A stretch of 64,000 bases of DNA from Neodothiora populina (Eukaryota): contig NW_027191406.1 in NCBI RefSeq assembly GCF_041146345.1, positions 620,001 to 684,000 of the forward strand, read 5' to 3'. The notes below the pieces were generated by a model. The model was not told where the DNA came from and searched no databases. It saw only the letters and a list, made by a program, of their open reading frames with translations. Shown here piece by piece: positions 1 through 12,100 of the stretch; the stretch's first letter is position 1, and each line of letters starts with the position of its first letter. Position numbers and translations under genes: made by a program.

Positions 1-1393
1 GTGGCTGCCCATCTGTATTCAGGAATTAAGACGGATTGTTGTTGGTGAGACTGGGGGTCCTGACCATGTGGATCGTCAATGGCGTGTTTTATGCTCCGCA
101 AAATAGGTCCTCCGTAGACTACTTTAGTTCGCACTTGAAGCTTAGTAGCGATCTGCCTTTTCTACTCCGCGAGATGTTACCTTAGTACGAGGAAGATCTG
201 CACGGATACCGCGCACACTGTTATTGTTGTTCATCCTGTCAGCTCAGTACGGAGCATAAATCTACCAATAGCGACCAGGAGTGTCCGAATGATCGTACAA
301 GGGTCTTAGACGATGATGAACACGCTTGTAGATTCTATTAGTGGCAATACTCATCTTCGGAGGATTTTCGCCAGCGACCAGCTCGAGTATACTTGTACAC
401 AATGTGCATGGTCGCTTTATGGCATCCCAGCAGGTTGTCCATCGATTTCGTCACCACTCTGATATGGGCTTCCAGATTGTGTGCCCGGCAAGCCCGTTGA
501 AAGCGGGCCAGATCCCGGGTTTGACAACGGTACTTTTGTTGCATTGCTGGGTACGCCACGATACAGCACAACGTCCATAGCAGATTCATTACCTCCGACT
601 TTTCCAGGCAAGCAGCATACAACGATAAGAAGGATATGTGAGATTGGGCAAGTCTTGTAGGACATAATCCTCCGATGTGCTCATCTGTTAGTGAGGCTGG
701 CACCACTGTGCCACGCACATGCGAGGCTGAAGGACAAGCCTTACAGGGTAAGCGAGGTTTCCTGATAGAGAAACCTCACTGCATCGATGCCGTATAATCC
801 ATGCACATTGAAAGATTCGATCTGCGTTAGGATTAGCGCCAAGCATACCGGGCTGTCGCGCGGGAGCTAGTCCTCACGTTTGTTTATCTCACCGTCCGTT
901 GGGGCCATGCGGACTGGTTGATGACTCGTGAGATCATGCAAGAGCCAACCATGCCGTTATCGTCAAATGCTTCGATGGTGTGGTTCGTGGATGGAGTCCA
1001 TGCTTCGAGTATGCATGGAACTACGAAACGCCTCTCATGATACATCGATTATACGCTACCAAACATTCTCCCCCTGGGATTACATGCCTCGCTTCACCCG
1101 CACCTTTAGTCTCGAAGTCATGAAGTATGCAAGACCCAAGATGCGCAAGAGGAGCCAAATCAAGCCCAAAGCTTCTCACTGATCCCTTAGCTTTTAATAA
1201 CATATGTTGTTCAGCCTGCACATATATTGCTCATGCCGGGCTGACTATTGTGACACCCCTTCTTAGCCTGGTGCTTCTGCTTTCTCCTTCCAGTCTTGTT
1301 ATATTGTTTCCAGTTCATACTCTCTTCGGTCTTCACCTTTTCCACTTCTAGACTTTCGATTCACCCTCTCTACTGCTGTAATATACCTCTGCA

Positions 1394-4300
1394 ATGGTTT
1401 TCTGTACGTACTGTGGACATTCGTTCACACGTGATGAACACCTCGAAAGACATATATTGACCCGTAAGTATACGAGCATGAGACCATGTATCGGCTTCGG
1501 TGATCTAACATGAAGATTAGATACCAATGTCAAACCTTTCAAATGCTTCACCTGTCATATGTCCTTCGCCAGAAGGTGAGATATCCTTGTATCCTTGTGC
1601 TCCATGCCGACCCCACTGACCACGACCTCAACAGGGATCTATTACAGCGCCACTATACCGTTCACGGAAGAGACCAGAATCAAGAACCTATCCCAGCTGC
1701 CAATGGTATGATCCCAAAGTCAGCGGGCCGGACGCCGATTGCATGCAGCAACTGTGCAAAGACAAAGACCAAATGTGATAAGAAGTTCCCCTGCAGTCGA
1801 TGTGCAGGCAGGAATCTTCGTTGCACTCTTCGACCAACTCGTCGGTCCTCCAAGAATGCTAACAGGATGGGGCTCATAACTGCGGAGACGATCGCAAATG
1901 GGGTGGCAAACGGTGCAATCCCTCCAGATCAGACCGTGGCGGCAGAGAAGGCTCCTCACGGCTCTCCCAATGGTGGCGAGCAACATGTACATGCAAAACC
2001 TACGAGCCCCAGCATCAAGACCCAACCCATCATATTGGAAGAGAAGCCTCACAGTGAACACCAGCCACCTCAATACTTCGATCAACCTACAAGCGGACCG
2101 TCTCCCCCGACCCCTGCAGTCATGTCTCCATTAACAACCCCACTGAATGGCTTCATGCAATCCACGCCCCTGTCTGGCTATGACGAATTCATGCAAGCCT
2201 CCAAGGAAGGGTCGGAAGAGTCAAGTCCTCGTTTCATGCTTGATTGGTCACAGATGCCAATGCCAATGGGATTTGACCCGATGTCACGTCCCGAGATGAT
2301 GATGGGTCCAGAAATTGGCTTCGATCCTACCCAATTGAATATTGTTTCCTCCGCCGATGGGATGCTGACCATCATGCCGGATCTCACAACGAATGTGGCA
2401 CCTCTTATAACACCGATCGAAACACCAAAGATGGAGCGGGCATTCTCAGATCTAGAACTCGGCAATCACATGAACACATACAACCCTCACGGCAGGCAGA
2501 TGTCAGCTGCCTCCATTGGCTCTAGCAATGCTCACGAGATCAGTGCCGTGGTTGCTGCTCAGGATGGATGGAACGTATTCAGATGCACTCCAACCATCCC
2601 GCCTGGCACTTGTCCTACGACTGCAAAACAAAACCTCGAGCAGCTTGAACAGACGCTTCGAAATCACGAAGGATGGAGCACGTGGACGCCTGCATGGGAC
2701 GAAGGTGACTTCTCCGGTGGCGAGCCATTGACGGTGATGCAATTGCATGAGAGTACCCGGGACAAGCTGCTTGCCATCACGCAGACCTTCTTACATCGAG
2801 CCCTTGAAACTCATCGCGAGGTAGTAGGTGGTTCGCCTACAGGTCAATCGCCTCTCTCGAATAGCGGTTCAAACTTTGTTCTACTGCCTCCTGCGCGCGT
2901 ACTAGAATACTTCCTCCGCTCGTACGCCAATAGCTTCGAGAAGTACTATTCTTTGACCTCCCGTGGCGTTCTCGATGCCAACGAGCTGATGCATTGCTAC
3001 AATGATAAAGCATCAAGCTTATTGATACTCATGATGATAGCGCAAGGAGCAATGAGCATTCCCTCCATCGAAGCAAGATGGCTTACTGGAGGCCTCACTG
3101 AAGCCTGCCGGATATCTCTGTTCGATCTCATTGAACGGAACATATCTATGGCTAGCGATCCCATCGCGCTTCACTCAGCTCTTCTGTACACTGTCCAAGC
3201 CGCCTGGAGTGGCGACAAGTGGCAAATGGATATAGCTATGGGTCAGAGAGGCATGTACTCATATATGCTCCGACACTCAGGGGTCTTGGAGAACAAGCCT
3301 GCCGTCCCGACGACTTTCGATCACCGATCCAATCCGGATTCGCTTTGGAATGAGTGGATACAGCATGAGAGTCGTAGCAGATTGATCTACTCATGGGTCA
3401 TGGTCGATCAAGATTTGGCCCTTTTCCACGACACTGCCCCGTTGTTCTCAGTAACGGAGTTTGGTGCTCCCATGCCGGATGCAGATCGACTCTGGCAAGC
3501 CAACAGCGCTATGGAATGGTCATCCGTTTTCGAACAGGTGCACGAATTCACTGGGGGCTTCTCATCTGTTGGATCTGGAGCACGGCCTCTTTCTTTACGT
3601 GATCTCTTCCAACACTTCCTTGACGATGAAATGGTCTCGCATGGCATCGAGATGACCGCCCTACAGATGAGATTACTGCTACACCCTCTGCAATCCATGG
3701 TATGTCACTATGGTCAACTCATCAGTTGTTTCTCAGATCCGGCTGCATCACGGAACAAGACTCGCACTGTCACCGCTGCTTCTACTCGTTGTCGACTCGA
3801 GGAAGTGCAAGCTCTGCTTGGACGTTGGTACAACCTTGCAGAGAGGTATCTCAAGTCGAATCCTCTTTGTGCCATGATGCAAGCAAACCTGGTGATTTTT
3901 CACCTCATCAGTCTGAATGCAGTCACCAACTTCACAGAGATTGAACGATTGGCCAGGCGCGAGGCATTCGATGGTACTTACCAGCAATTGGTATGGATCC
4001 ACAAGCGATGCATCTCCGATGTTGAAGAAGCCATTTTCCACTGTGGCCAGATCTTGCGGACCATCAGATCTATGCCTCGTGGCGTAAGACCTCCTTGGTG
4101 GGCTGGCGCTGTATACCGTGCCGCATTGGTCCTATGGACTGACAGCTTGACCAACAAAGAGACGCCGTCTCCCACTGTTGGCCGCAACTTTCTCCCAGCT
4201 GCTGCTCCCTTGGTTGCAATTGATGCTCTACCGGCAGATCACCCCCTTATTGTTCGATATCTGAGCAAACACGAGGGCACGCCAAGCCTCAGTAAACGAG

Positions 4301-4431
4301 ATGGGTCGCAGGTCCCAATGGATCATGCGTTCCCAGTACTGTCACACTGTATAGAGATCATCGATGAGGGTGCCGCCAACAGATTTTCTGATGGCATACG
4401 CAATAAACTTGACAGACTGATGAGAAGTTAA
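1394..4431 (+). CDS. CMR1: Melanin-biosynthesis transcription factor (two C2H2 fingers + Zn(II)2Cys6 cluster + fungal TF domain), CMR1/PIG1/Amr1/Zmr1 family; exons 1394-1463, 1521-1575, 1635-4431
   Basis: Spliced N-terminus MVFCTYCGHSFTRDEHLERHILT|HTNVKPFKCFTCHMSFAR|RDLLQRHYTVH (two C2H2 fingers), then CSNCAKTKTKCDKKFPCSRCAGRNLRC (Zn2Cys6). Both introns are GT-AG with CTAAC/CTGAC branch sites. Adjacent to THR1. Confidence 0.93.
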
Positions 4432-7261
4432 GCGATGCACTAAGTGCCACACCTAATATTTAGGATGTCTCCTAGTGGATTCTGGTGCTCATCCCTGTGG
4501 CGGGTGAGTTGGTTGGAAATTCGTGGCGGCTTCTGTCGCGGGGCAATTTAACGATAATGACTATTTGATACCACAGCAGGCCTAGAATGGAGTTAGTAAC
4601 AATGAGACAAAATGATAATCATCTCAACAAATGTATTGGCATATCCGTATAGTCGATTGCGATTCGTCAACGTGGACATTCGTCTCCGCGATAAATCCTG
4701 TTTCACAGATCTGGAAGACACGATTGACCATCCTGTATGCGTACAATGTTTGTAATTGCAAATTCCACGAAACGATTTATCCAATGCTCAAAGACCAAGT
4801 GGACGACAGCAGCTTTTATCATAGGAATCGCTCGAAAGGCTCTCCAATCGGACAATGAGGGGGAGCAATCGTAACAATACTGCGAAGAAAGCAAATTTAT
4901 ATTTCGGACGTCCGCCAGTTCTATTTTAATTTATCCTGCTTCCTCCCCTCGCACTTCAATCAAGGGCAAAAGGAGATCTTCCCCTTTTATGTTTTTCAGA
5001 AAGCTCAGACTTTATCATGTATGTAGGGATCCCCACGATTCGCTCCGTATTGTATGTTGATCATGGGGACAATGACTTTTATGCAGAAGAGGAGGCAAGT
5101 TCTGCGGAGGGCGAAAATCTTCTCTGAATATCGAGTGATCAGAAATAGAGAGATGCTGTATATCACGTTTTCTGCACTGAGTCAGTCGCCTGCTTGGATG
5201 GATGTCCTCGACAATTCGCGTTGCGCTCGTAGGCGTGCTATTGTAAGGACACCAGCCCTGGTGTATTGTCACGGAGGAAGGTTGCTATGCATTACAACCA
5301 GCCCTGTCGTCAGCTTTTGCATATTCAGCGACTGTATCTATCCATTGGAAAGGATACTTGGAATAAGAACATAGTCCAACGATGTGCATGGTCCTGGACA
5401 AATGGAGAAAACAGTGGTGCGATCCCAAAGGATGAAGACTAACGAAACACAATCTTCTATCCAAGGCATGGGTACCTTGACAGCGTACCGGCGTGAGTGT
5501 GCTTAGCTGAGGCTGGCGTGGTAAGGAAAGCGCTAGCCAGGATCACGAGACTCATTGTAGCAACAGCTTCGCTTACCCCATGTATGGCACAATGACAACT
5601 GTAACAAAATACTGACAGTGGTCGTCTGGTCGTTCCGGGAACAGCTAGCGTTGCTTCGTCATGGGTGGTTTGTGAATCATAGCTGGCTTATGTCAGAGGT
5701 CTGGTAGTGCAAGGCCGCTACCAGCACTCGAGCAGCATACAGTACGCATCATCGCCCTGCGTGTCAGACTGATGACCGTCAAGACGGAACCGCCATGAGA
5801 CCGACCTCGTGCTTCGCAGCACAATCACCCTGGCTAGCCTGGCATACTACGAGGCCGCTGGGACATGCATGCAGGTTGTCAGGCTGATCGCATTGATTAC
5901 CCACGTGTTGCTGTAAGGAAGATGCTGACCATGCTGGCGCAATGGAATGATGCGTGACATGTGTGGGACGAAGATACAGCATTTCCAGGGATCCTCAGCA
6001 CATGTACCAAGCGAGGCCCGATAGCCTTAATGGGCTCGAGATTAGGTCGCAGATGTGCGAGTACAACAATCGTATACCCTGACGACTCGTTACTTGCACG
6101 ACTTAGTTGTATTGCATGCATACGGGATATCCGATAGTCTTTGCGGTATTGACATTCTGGCGATCTCTGTCGGTCGACGCTTGACTTACACAAATAAGGC
6201 TCACTACTCGAGAAGGTTGTGGCAGGTCCGTGGAGTGGAGACCGATGCAGTAGACTTACTGCTACACTGCCTCTTGACTTGATGACTGCGTGAGGTAGTA
6301 TCTACTTCGACTGAGTATGTCAGTCGCTCTTGTCCTCGCCTCGGGCATGAACGTGGTTCCGTAGCCACAAAACTTCAGTTCAGACTAGCATTTTCCCGTA
6401 CTCATACTGTATTCGATTCTGGAGGGTCCGACATGTTGTCGAGTCGGCGAGTTGGCCACGGCTGGTCGTTCAAACAACGTTTACGGGATGCTTTATTTAG
6501 GCTAGCGCCAAACAGTTCGGCCCCCCATCCCGAGCTCCACTTGCACTATACAAAAGTAGATATCACTAGTACCGGAGTCCGAAGCCTTGGCATATAGATT
6601 TACTCGGCAGAACCGGTGCGGCGTCTATGCACCGCTATTCGAGCATAACCAAGTCGCGACGCGATCATAGCAGATCTGTTCGACGATAGCGAGACAATGA
6701 TTCCACAACCCTCTATCTCGAAACCGTCGATGTTTGGCCACCCCGAGCCTCAACGTGCCGGTTGTTACAGAGGGACCGTTGTGTTTGAGGCTTGGAAGTT
6801 TCAACCGGTGGGTCTATTGTGGAGATATCGTGGTCGGTCGAGGACTTGAGGGTACGTGCAGACTCCATTTCTGTCCTGCGGCAGTTCGCCCTTCGGCGTT
6901 CGAAGTTGCGCGAACCTCTGTGACAGTTTGAGTTGAGAAGCCCAAGCCTTTCGCGCTTCTCTGAGACCGACAAGAGGCTTGTTGCATCGATATACCCTAG
7001 AGCAAACCTGGGCAGTGGAGCGGCTCTCCAAGATGGTACCTTGTAGATCTAGTAATTCTCCGAAGAGCATCGGCCTCTCGAAAGTGCGAGATATGTCGAG
7101 AAATACGATATATAAAGCTGTATTGAGATTCAAGATGTGGTATATTCATCAACAACAGCAACTCAGACAGACAAGCATTCGCTAGATCAACTAACTCCCC
7201 ATCAATCTTCAAAAAACTTGTCAATTCGACCAAATCACCTTCTTCAAAACCAATCCTCAAA

Positions 7262-8109
7262 ATGTCTTCTACCTCTCGTCTTGATGGCAAGGTCGCCCTT
7301 GTTACCGGTTCTGGTATGTATACCACTGAAACATCCATTTGAGTGATCCCCAGTGCTAATGCTGATTTCTAGGCCGTGGTATTGGAAAGGCAATGGCCAC
7401 CGAGCTCGCTGCTCGTGGTGCCAAGGTTGTTGTCAACTACGCAAACAGTGACGAGGCTGCCAACGGAGTAGTCGACGAGATCAAGAAGAACGGAGGCGAC
7501 GCCATTGCCATCAAGGCCAACGTCTCCGACGTCTCTCAGATCGTTGAACTCTTCAACAAGGCTGTTGAGCACTACGGCCAACTCGACATCGTCTGCTCCA
7601 ACTCCGGTGTGGTTTCCTTCGGTCACATTAAGGATGTCACCGAGGAGGAGTTCGACCGTGTCTTCAAGATCAACACCCGTGGACAGTTCTTCGTTGCCCG
7701 TGAGGCCTACAAGCATCTTTCCGTTGGTGGTCGCATCATCCTTATGGGATCCATCACCGGTCAGGCCAAGGCTGTACCCAAGCACGCTGTCTACTCTGGT
7801 TCCAAGGGAGCCATTGAGACCTTCGTTCGCTGCATGGCTGTCGACTGCGGTGACAAGAAGATCACCGTCAACGCCGTCGCTCCCGGTGGCATCAAGACCG
7901 ACATGTACCACGCTGTCTGCAGAGAGTACATTCCCGGCGGCAAGGACCTTACCGATGACCAAGTCGACGAGTACGCCGCCACCTGGTCTCCTTGCCAGCG
8001 TGTTGGTCAGCCCATCGACATTGCTCGTGTCGTGTGCTTCCTGGCTTCCCAGGATGGCGACTGGGTCAACGGCAAGGTCATCGGCATCGATGGCGCCGCT
8101 TGCATGTAA
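7262..8109 (+). CDS. THR1: 1,3,8-trihydroxynaphthalene reductase (SDR, DHN-melanin pathway; THR1/BRN1/BUF1 type); exons 7262-7313, 7373-8109
   Basis: [14 protein letters not shown] Rossmann motif across a GTATGT..CTAAT..TAG intron. YSGSK catalytic motif, [18 protein letters not shown] and C-terminal [10 protein letters not shown] are typical of 3HNR. Strong codon bias. Confidence 0.93.
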
Positions 8110-9117
8110 AGCTTTAAAAAGCCAAGCAAATCTGCGAAGATGATAGCGAGGACTATTCGTAGTAGATAGTCTGGATAAGCAGGAGTTCGACTGGACTGCA
8201 TATAAACAGGCGCATGGAATGATATCCTATATAAGGAATGAATACAATAATTTTACATCTTACTGCATTTTCAATGTCGTCTATCGGCGATGTCAAACGA
8301 AGTCTCACCCTCGAGTACGCAGACATTTAGCTGATTACGACCTGTTTTCATTTTCAGAGGTGGCCCTTGAGCAGTTCGCCTTAACACAAAGAAAACAGAG
8401 ACGAATATCTAGGTAGCCAAACCAACAGTCCAACCATCAGATAACCTCGCAAACCCACTAACCCACCCATCCCTCCGAATCACGCCGCGGGAAGGAGCAG
8501 CTGTCACGAATCCCACTCGTATCACTGCATATGTCAAGAATATAGTCTTGCGTGTGCGAAGTTGCCTAGAGCATAGTGTGCATTAAACGTCGAGGACTGA
8601 TTTAGCGATATATGGCCACATTAGTGTAGGATTCTTCCCGAAGCTAGGTGGTTGCTGGTGGATGGGTCTTGAAATAGATCGTTGGTAAATGGTCGTTTTT
8701 AGGGGGAATTGGTTTGGTGCGCGATTCGGGGCTTTTTGAAGGGGGACCCTGTTCGTGCATGTCGAGCGTGACTCGGGTGATCTCGATCTCGTCCTGAGTG
8801 CCTCGTATACTGGCTATATGGTACTATTGTAATGAAAGGGACATACAGTTGATCGTTCAATGTCCTGAGTATACACAACAGGTTTGCGCGGCCTTGATCT
8901 TGACCTATGTCCTATGGAGTTCCACATAATCTACGCTATGATAGTACACATACTCTCGGAGTGACAGGAGTATTATAGCCTGGAAAACTGCACGATCACA
9001 CCAAAGAGAAGGTAAGAAAGATTGTTTCACACATACACGTATACGCATGAAGCAAAGATATACAGTAATTTGAATTTATATTGTACTTGTTGACGCAAGG
9101 CATGCATGCCTATGATA

Positions 9118-12100
9118 TCAAGCTGCTATAGCAGACCTTTGCATCCTTTGTGATACATTTGCGCGCAGCATATTTACTGTTCCCCTTCCAATCCATCGCA
9201 AATGACCATCACTACGTTCGATCGAATCCTGAGCCCACTGGAACAAGAGTCTGAGGTTCCAGAGCGCGTCTCTATCATGCGATTTTGCCACGCTCTTCAT
9301 CAATGCGAGTCTTGTATCATAGACTGTTCCATGCTCATCGAGATGTATAGCACTATGCACATCGGCTGGCAATATAAGATCCAAGAGCGTCTGATCGAAA
9401 TCGCTAAATGCAGGGAGAGAGAGAATCCACTTCCACATCCCACGCGAAGCGACCAGACCGGTTTGCACGTCGTTGATCGAAGCCAATGCGGAGCTGAATA
9501 CCGTGCTAGAGGAATCGTAGGAATAGCTGCGCCGCACAAAGATTGTTTGACGTTGGCGGAAGGCTGAGATGTGGTCCGGATTGGTCGCAAAGTCAATAGT
9601 AACTTGCCAATAAGCAGGATTGTGCGTGCTAATGCGGGCAATGGTATCAATTTCTGGGAGCAGACAAGGAGCAGTCATAAAACTTTCTGTGCCATCGCGT
9701 AGGACAACACTAAGGTTCATGTCGATAGGTCGTGCAGTGTCAATGTCTTGGACTACCAGACATCGAGGCTCTGCTGCAAAGACCCAGAAATGCCTGAAGG
9801 CTTGCAAATGGACGCGATTGTCAGAGACGTCGCTAGGGAAGAGAGGGTAGAAGGCACATAGTAACGCAGCGATGGCAAAAATGGAGGTGCCGAACGTATA
9901 AGTTCCACCACCCAGGAACAGAGCCCCAATAGCGAGATGGGTAGCCATGTGAGATCCGTATGAAGTTTCCGGGTCGATCCGTCCATGCAGGGAGCGCAAA
10001 TATCGAAAAGTTTCGAGATCGCCTGTGCCGGCCATAATGGTTGCAGCCGCGAGGGCTAGAACGTCGATACAGCGTCGCACCGTGTTTCGTGCTAACTTTG
10101 CATCGTAATAGAACGCCTCCTGTTTTGCCACGGTGATGAATAGTTTCAACGCACCCAGAACATCATCACGCGCAGCTTGATTGCCACTGCCCGCAAATCT
10201 AAGGCTTAGACTCCAAGCTAGGCCAGTGACAACATTGAAGAAGGGCACATCAGCACTCTTTAGTTGTGGAGACCTAGCTGTTTCATAGATGAGAGCTGAG
10301 TGGTCATGCCCATAGTAGCGACTGCCCATATGCTGCGGTAAATTAGCGCGGATCCAGCCGGGTCTACCAGTAATGTCGTTCCACATGATCAAATGCTTAG
10401 CCACCGTCCGTAACAATAGCATGTCTGGTCTTACATGCTCGAGTTGCGCTACAGTGTCGGGGACTGTGATTTTCTGCGCCACTGACTGATCCCCTGTCTT
10501 CATGTAGATGAGCGCAATCGCAATCACGGCTCCAGCAGTAGCCTTATCCACAACATGTACAAGGTCGACTGGCCGAGGACCGATCGCAACATTCAGCAAT
10601 CTCTCCAACAATCTCATACTACGGAGACCTTGTAGGTTGCGTCCTTTCCCAAGGTTGATATACCCAAGAGCAAAGCCAGCTGCCAATCGGTATGACTCGT
10701 CTCTGAGTACGTCCATTGTACTGCCAGGATCTTCAATTTCCCGATGTTCAATTTCTGATAGCATAACCTCACTCATCCTCCGGTGTTGGGTGTTATAATA
10801 CAGTAAACCGATACCCATCAGCCCGGCAGTCTGAGTTGATGGAGAAACATTGAGCTCGGCCGCACCCGGTGGCAGCATACGAGTAATGTGAACCGAGAGC
10901 ATGCGAGTTATCAACGTGTCCATCGATCCAATATGCGATGCCGACAGTCCTAGTAACAGTCCGACAGAAGTCATGTTGTGTTTTGGTGTCAAGTACTTGA
11001 ATGCAAGCCACTTCGCAAGATTCCGCAAATGGCCATTGATTCCCAGAGCTAACAGGAAGCCTGCATGTCGGTTCCCAAGCTCATGAGGTTTGTTGAAGAC
11101 AATCCACGAGGTGTCGATACCTTTTGCGTTTTGTGAGATAGTGAGACCAGCTGAGACGCCGGAGTGGAAGAAGGCCCACCCAAATTTATCCTCGGTGAGA
11201 GTAGTACGGTCTGCAGTGATTGTGGTATCCATTGGTTTCATCTGACAAGAAGTGCTGAAGCCTTTAATGGCGAAATGTTCAGACAGTAATGGTCGCTGAC
11301 TTTCAAAATGAACCATAGCGAATCCAGGAGCCAATGCTATTGTCCGAACCATGACCCAGTTCATGACCCGCTTTTGTTGATCAAGATGTTCAACTTCCGA
11401 CCATTCGGGCTGTGGAGGACACTCAGCGACCTGTACAAGTGTTGGGTTCAGTAGTCTCAGCGCATCGACAAAGCGCCTGTCTTCAGAAAATATCAGTGAG
11501 ACAATGGCATGTCTGTCGGCCTCATGTGACTTTGATAACAACGAGACGCGATCTGCACTTGTGTATATTGTTTGCATGTCATGTGGTGGTATTAGAGCTT
11601 TACTTCCGCGGGAAGTCCTCTTGTCTTGCCGCACCATCGAGTCGGGCTCAGCAAGAACTAGTAAGTCCTCGCGTCCTATAAATTGCAAGAGATTCGAGGG
11701 CCAGGTCGTAGGAGGCTTGCTTTGACAGCGAGTGATTGCCTCTCTAATTGGTGCAAGTACAGCTTCGGGTAAGGTTGCGATTACTCGCGACGTCAAACCA
11801 CATGCTGCAAGAACCTCTACCGCTGTTTCCGGCAAAGATCCGATTCGATCGAATTGTCCAGCTAATTGCTGTAGTGCACACGAACGCGGAAGAACCTCTT
11901 TCTCCAAGCGAGTTCGACTTGAAGAAGAGCGCGCGGTGGCTCCAATACTCGCTATCTGCTCTAACGTAAGGTAGGCCTCCTTGTTGCCCTTCAAAAGACT
12001 CTGGCCTATCCACTCATATATTGAGGGTGGTCGTAAGTGGTGAATAAGAAGCAGTGCGTTCGTCTTACGCATGGTTGATGAAGACAGCTCCCATTGCCTA

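Noticed and set aside
1510..1634. ORF-track N-terminus of the 973-aa ORF (MKIRYQ...)
   Set aside because: It starts inside intron 1 and reads through intron 2; the spliced ATG at 1394 restores both C2H2 fingers.
7369..8143. Long antisense and alternative-frame ORFs over THR1 (similar ones over PFK and eIF2A)
   Set aside because: Expected shadow ORFs from strong codon bias; no recognisable motifs.
8451..8470. AAACCCACTAACCC resembling a telomerase template or telomeric repeat
   Set aside because: Not a TAACCCTAA-type template; it lies in an AC-rich low-complexity stretch.
8481..8500. CACGCCGCGGGAAGGAGCAG resembling SRP RNA helix 8
   Set aside because: It lacks the CAGG..GNRA..AGCAG symmetric loop and no Alu domain or Pol III context is evident.
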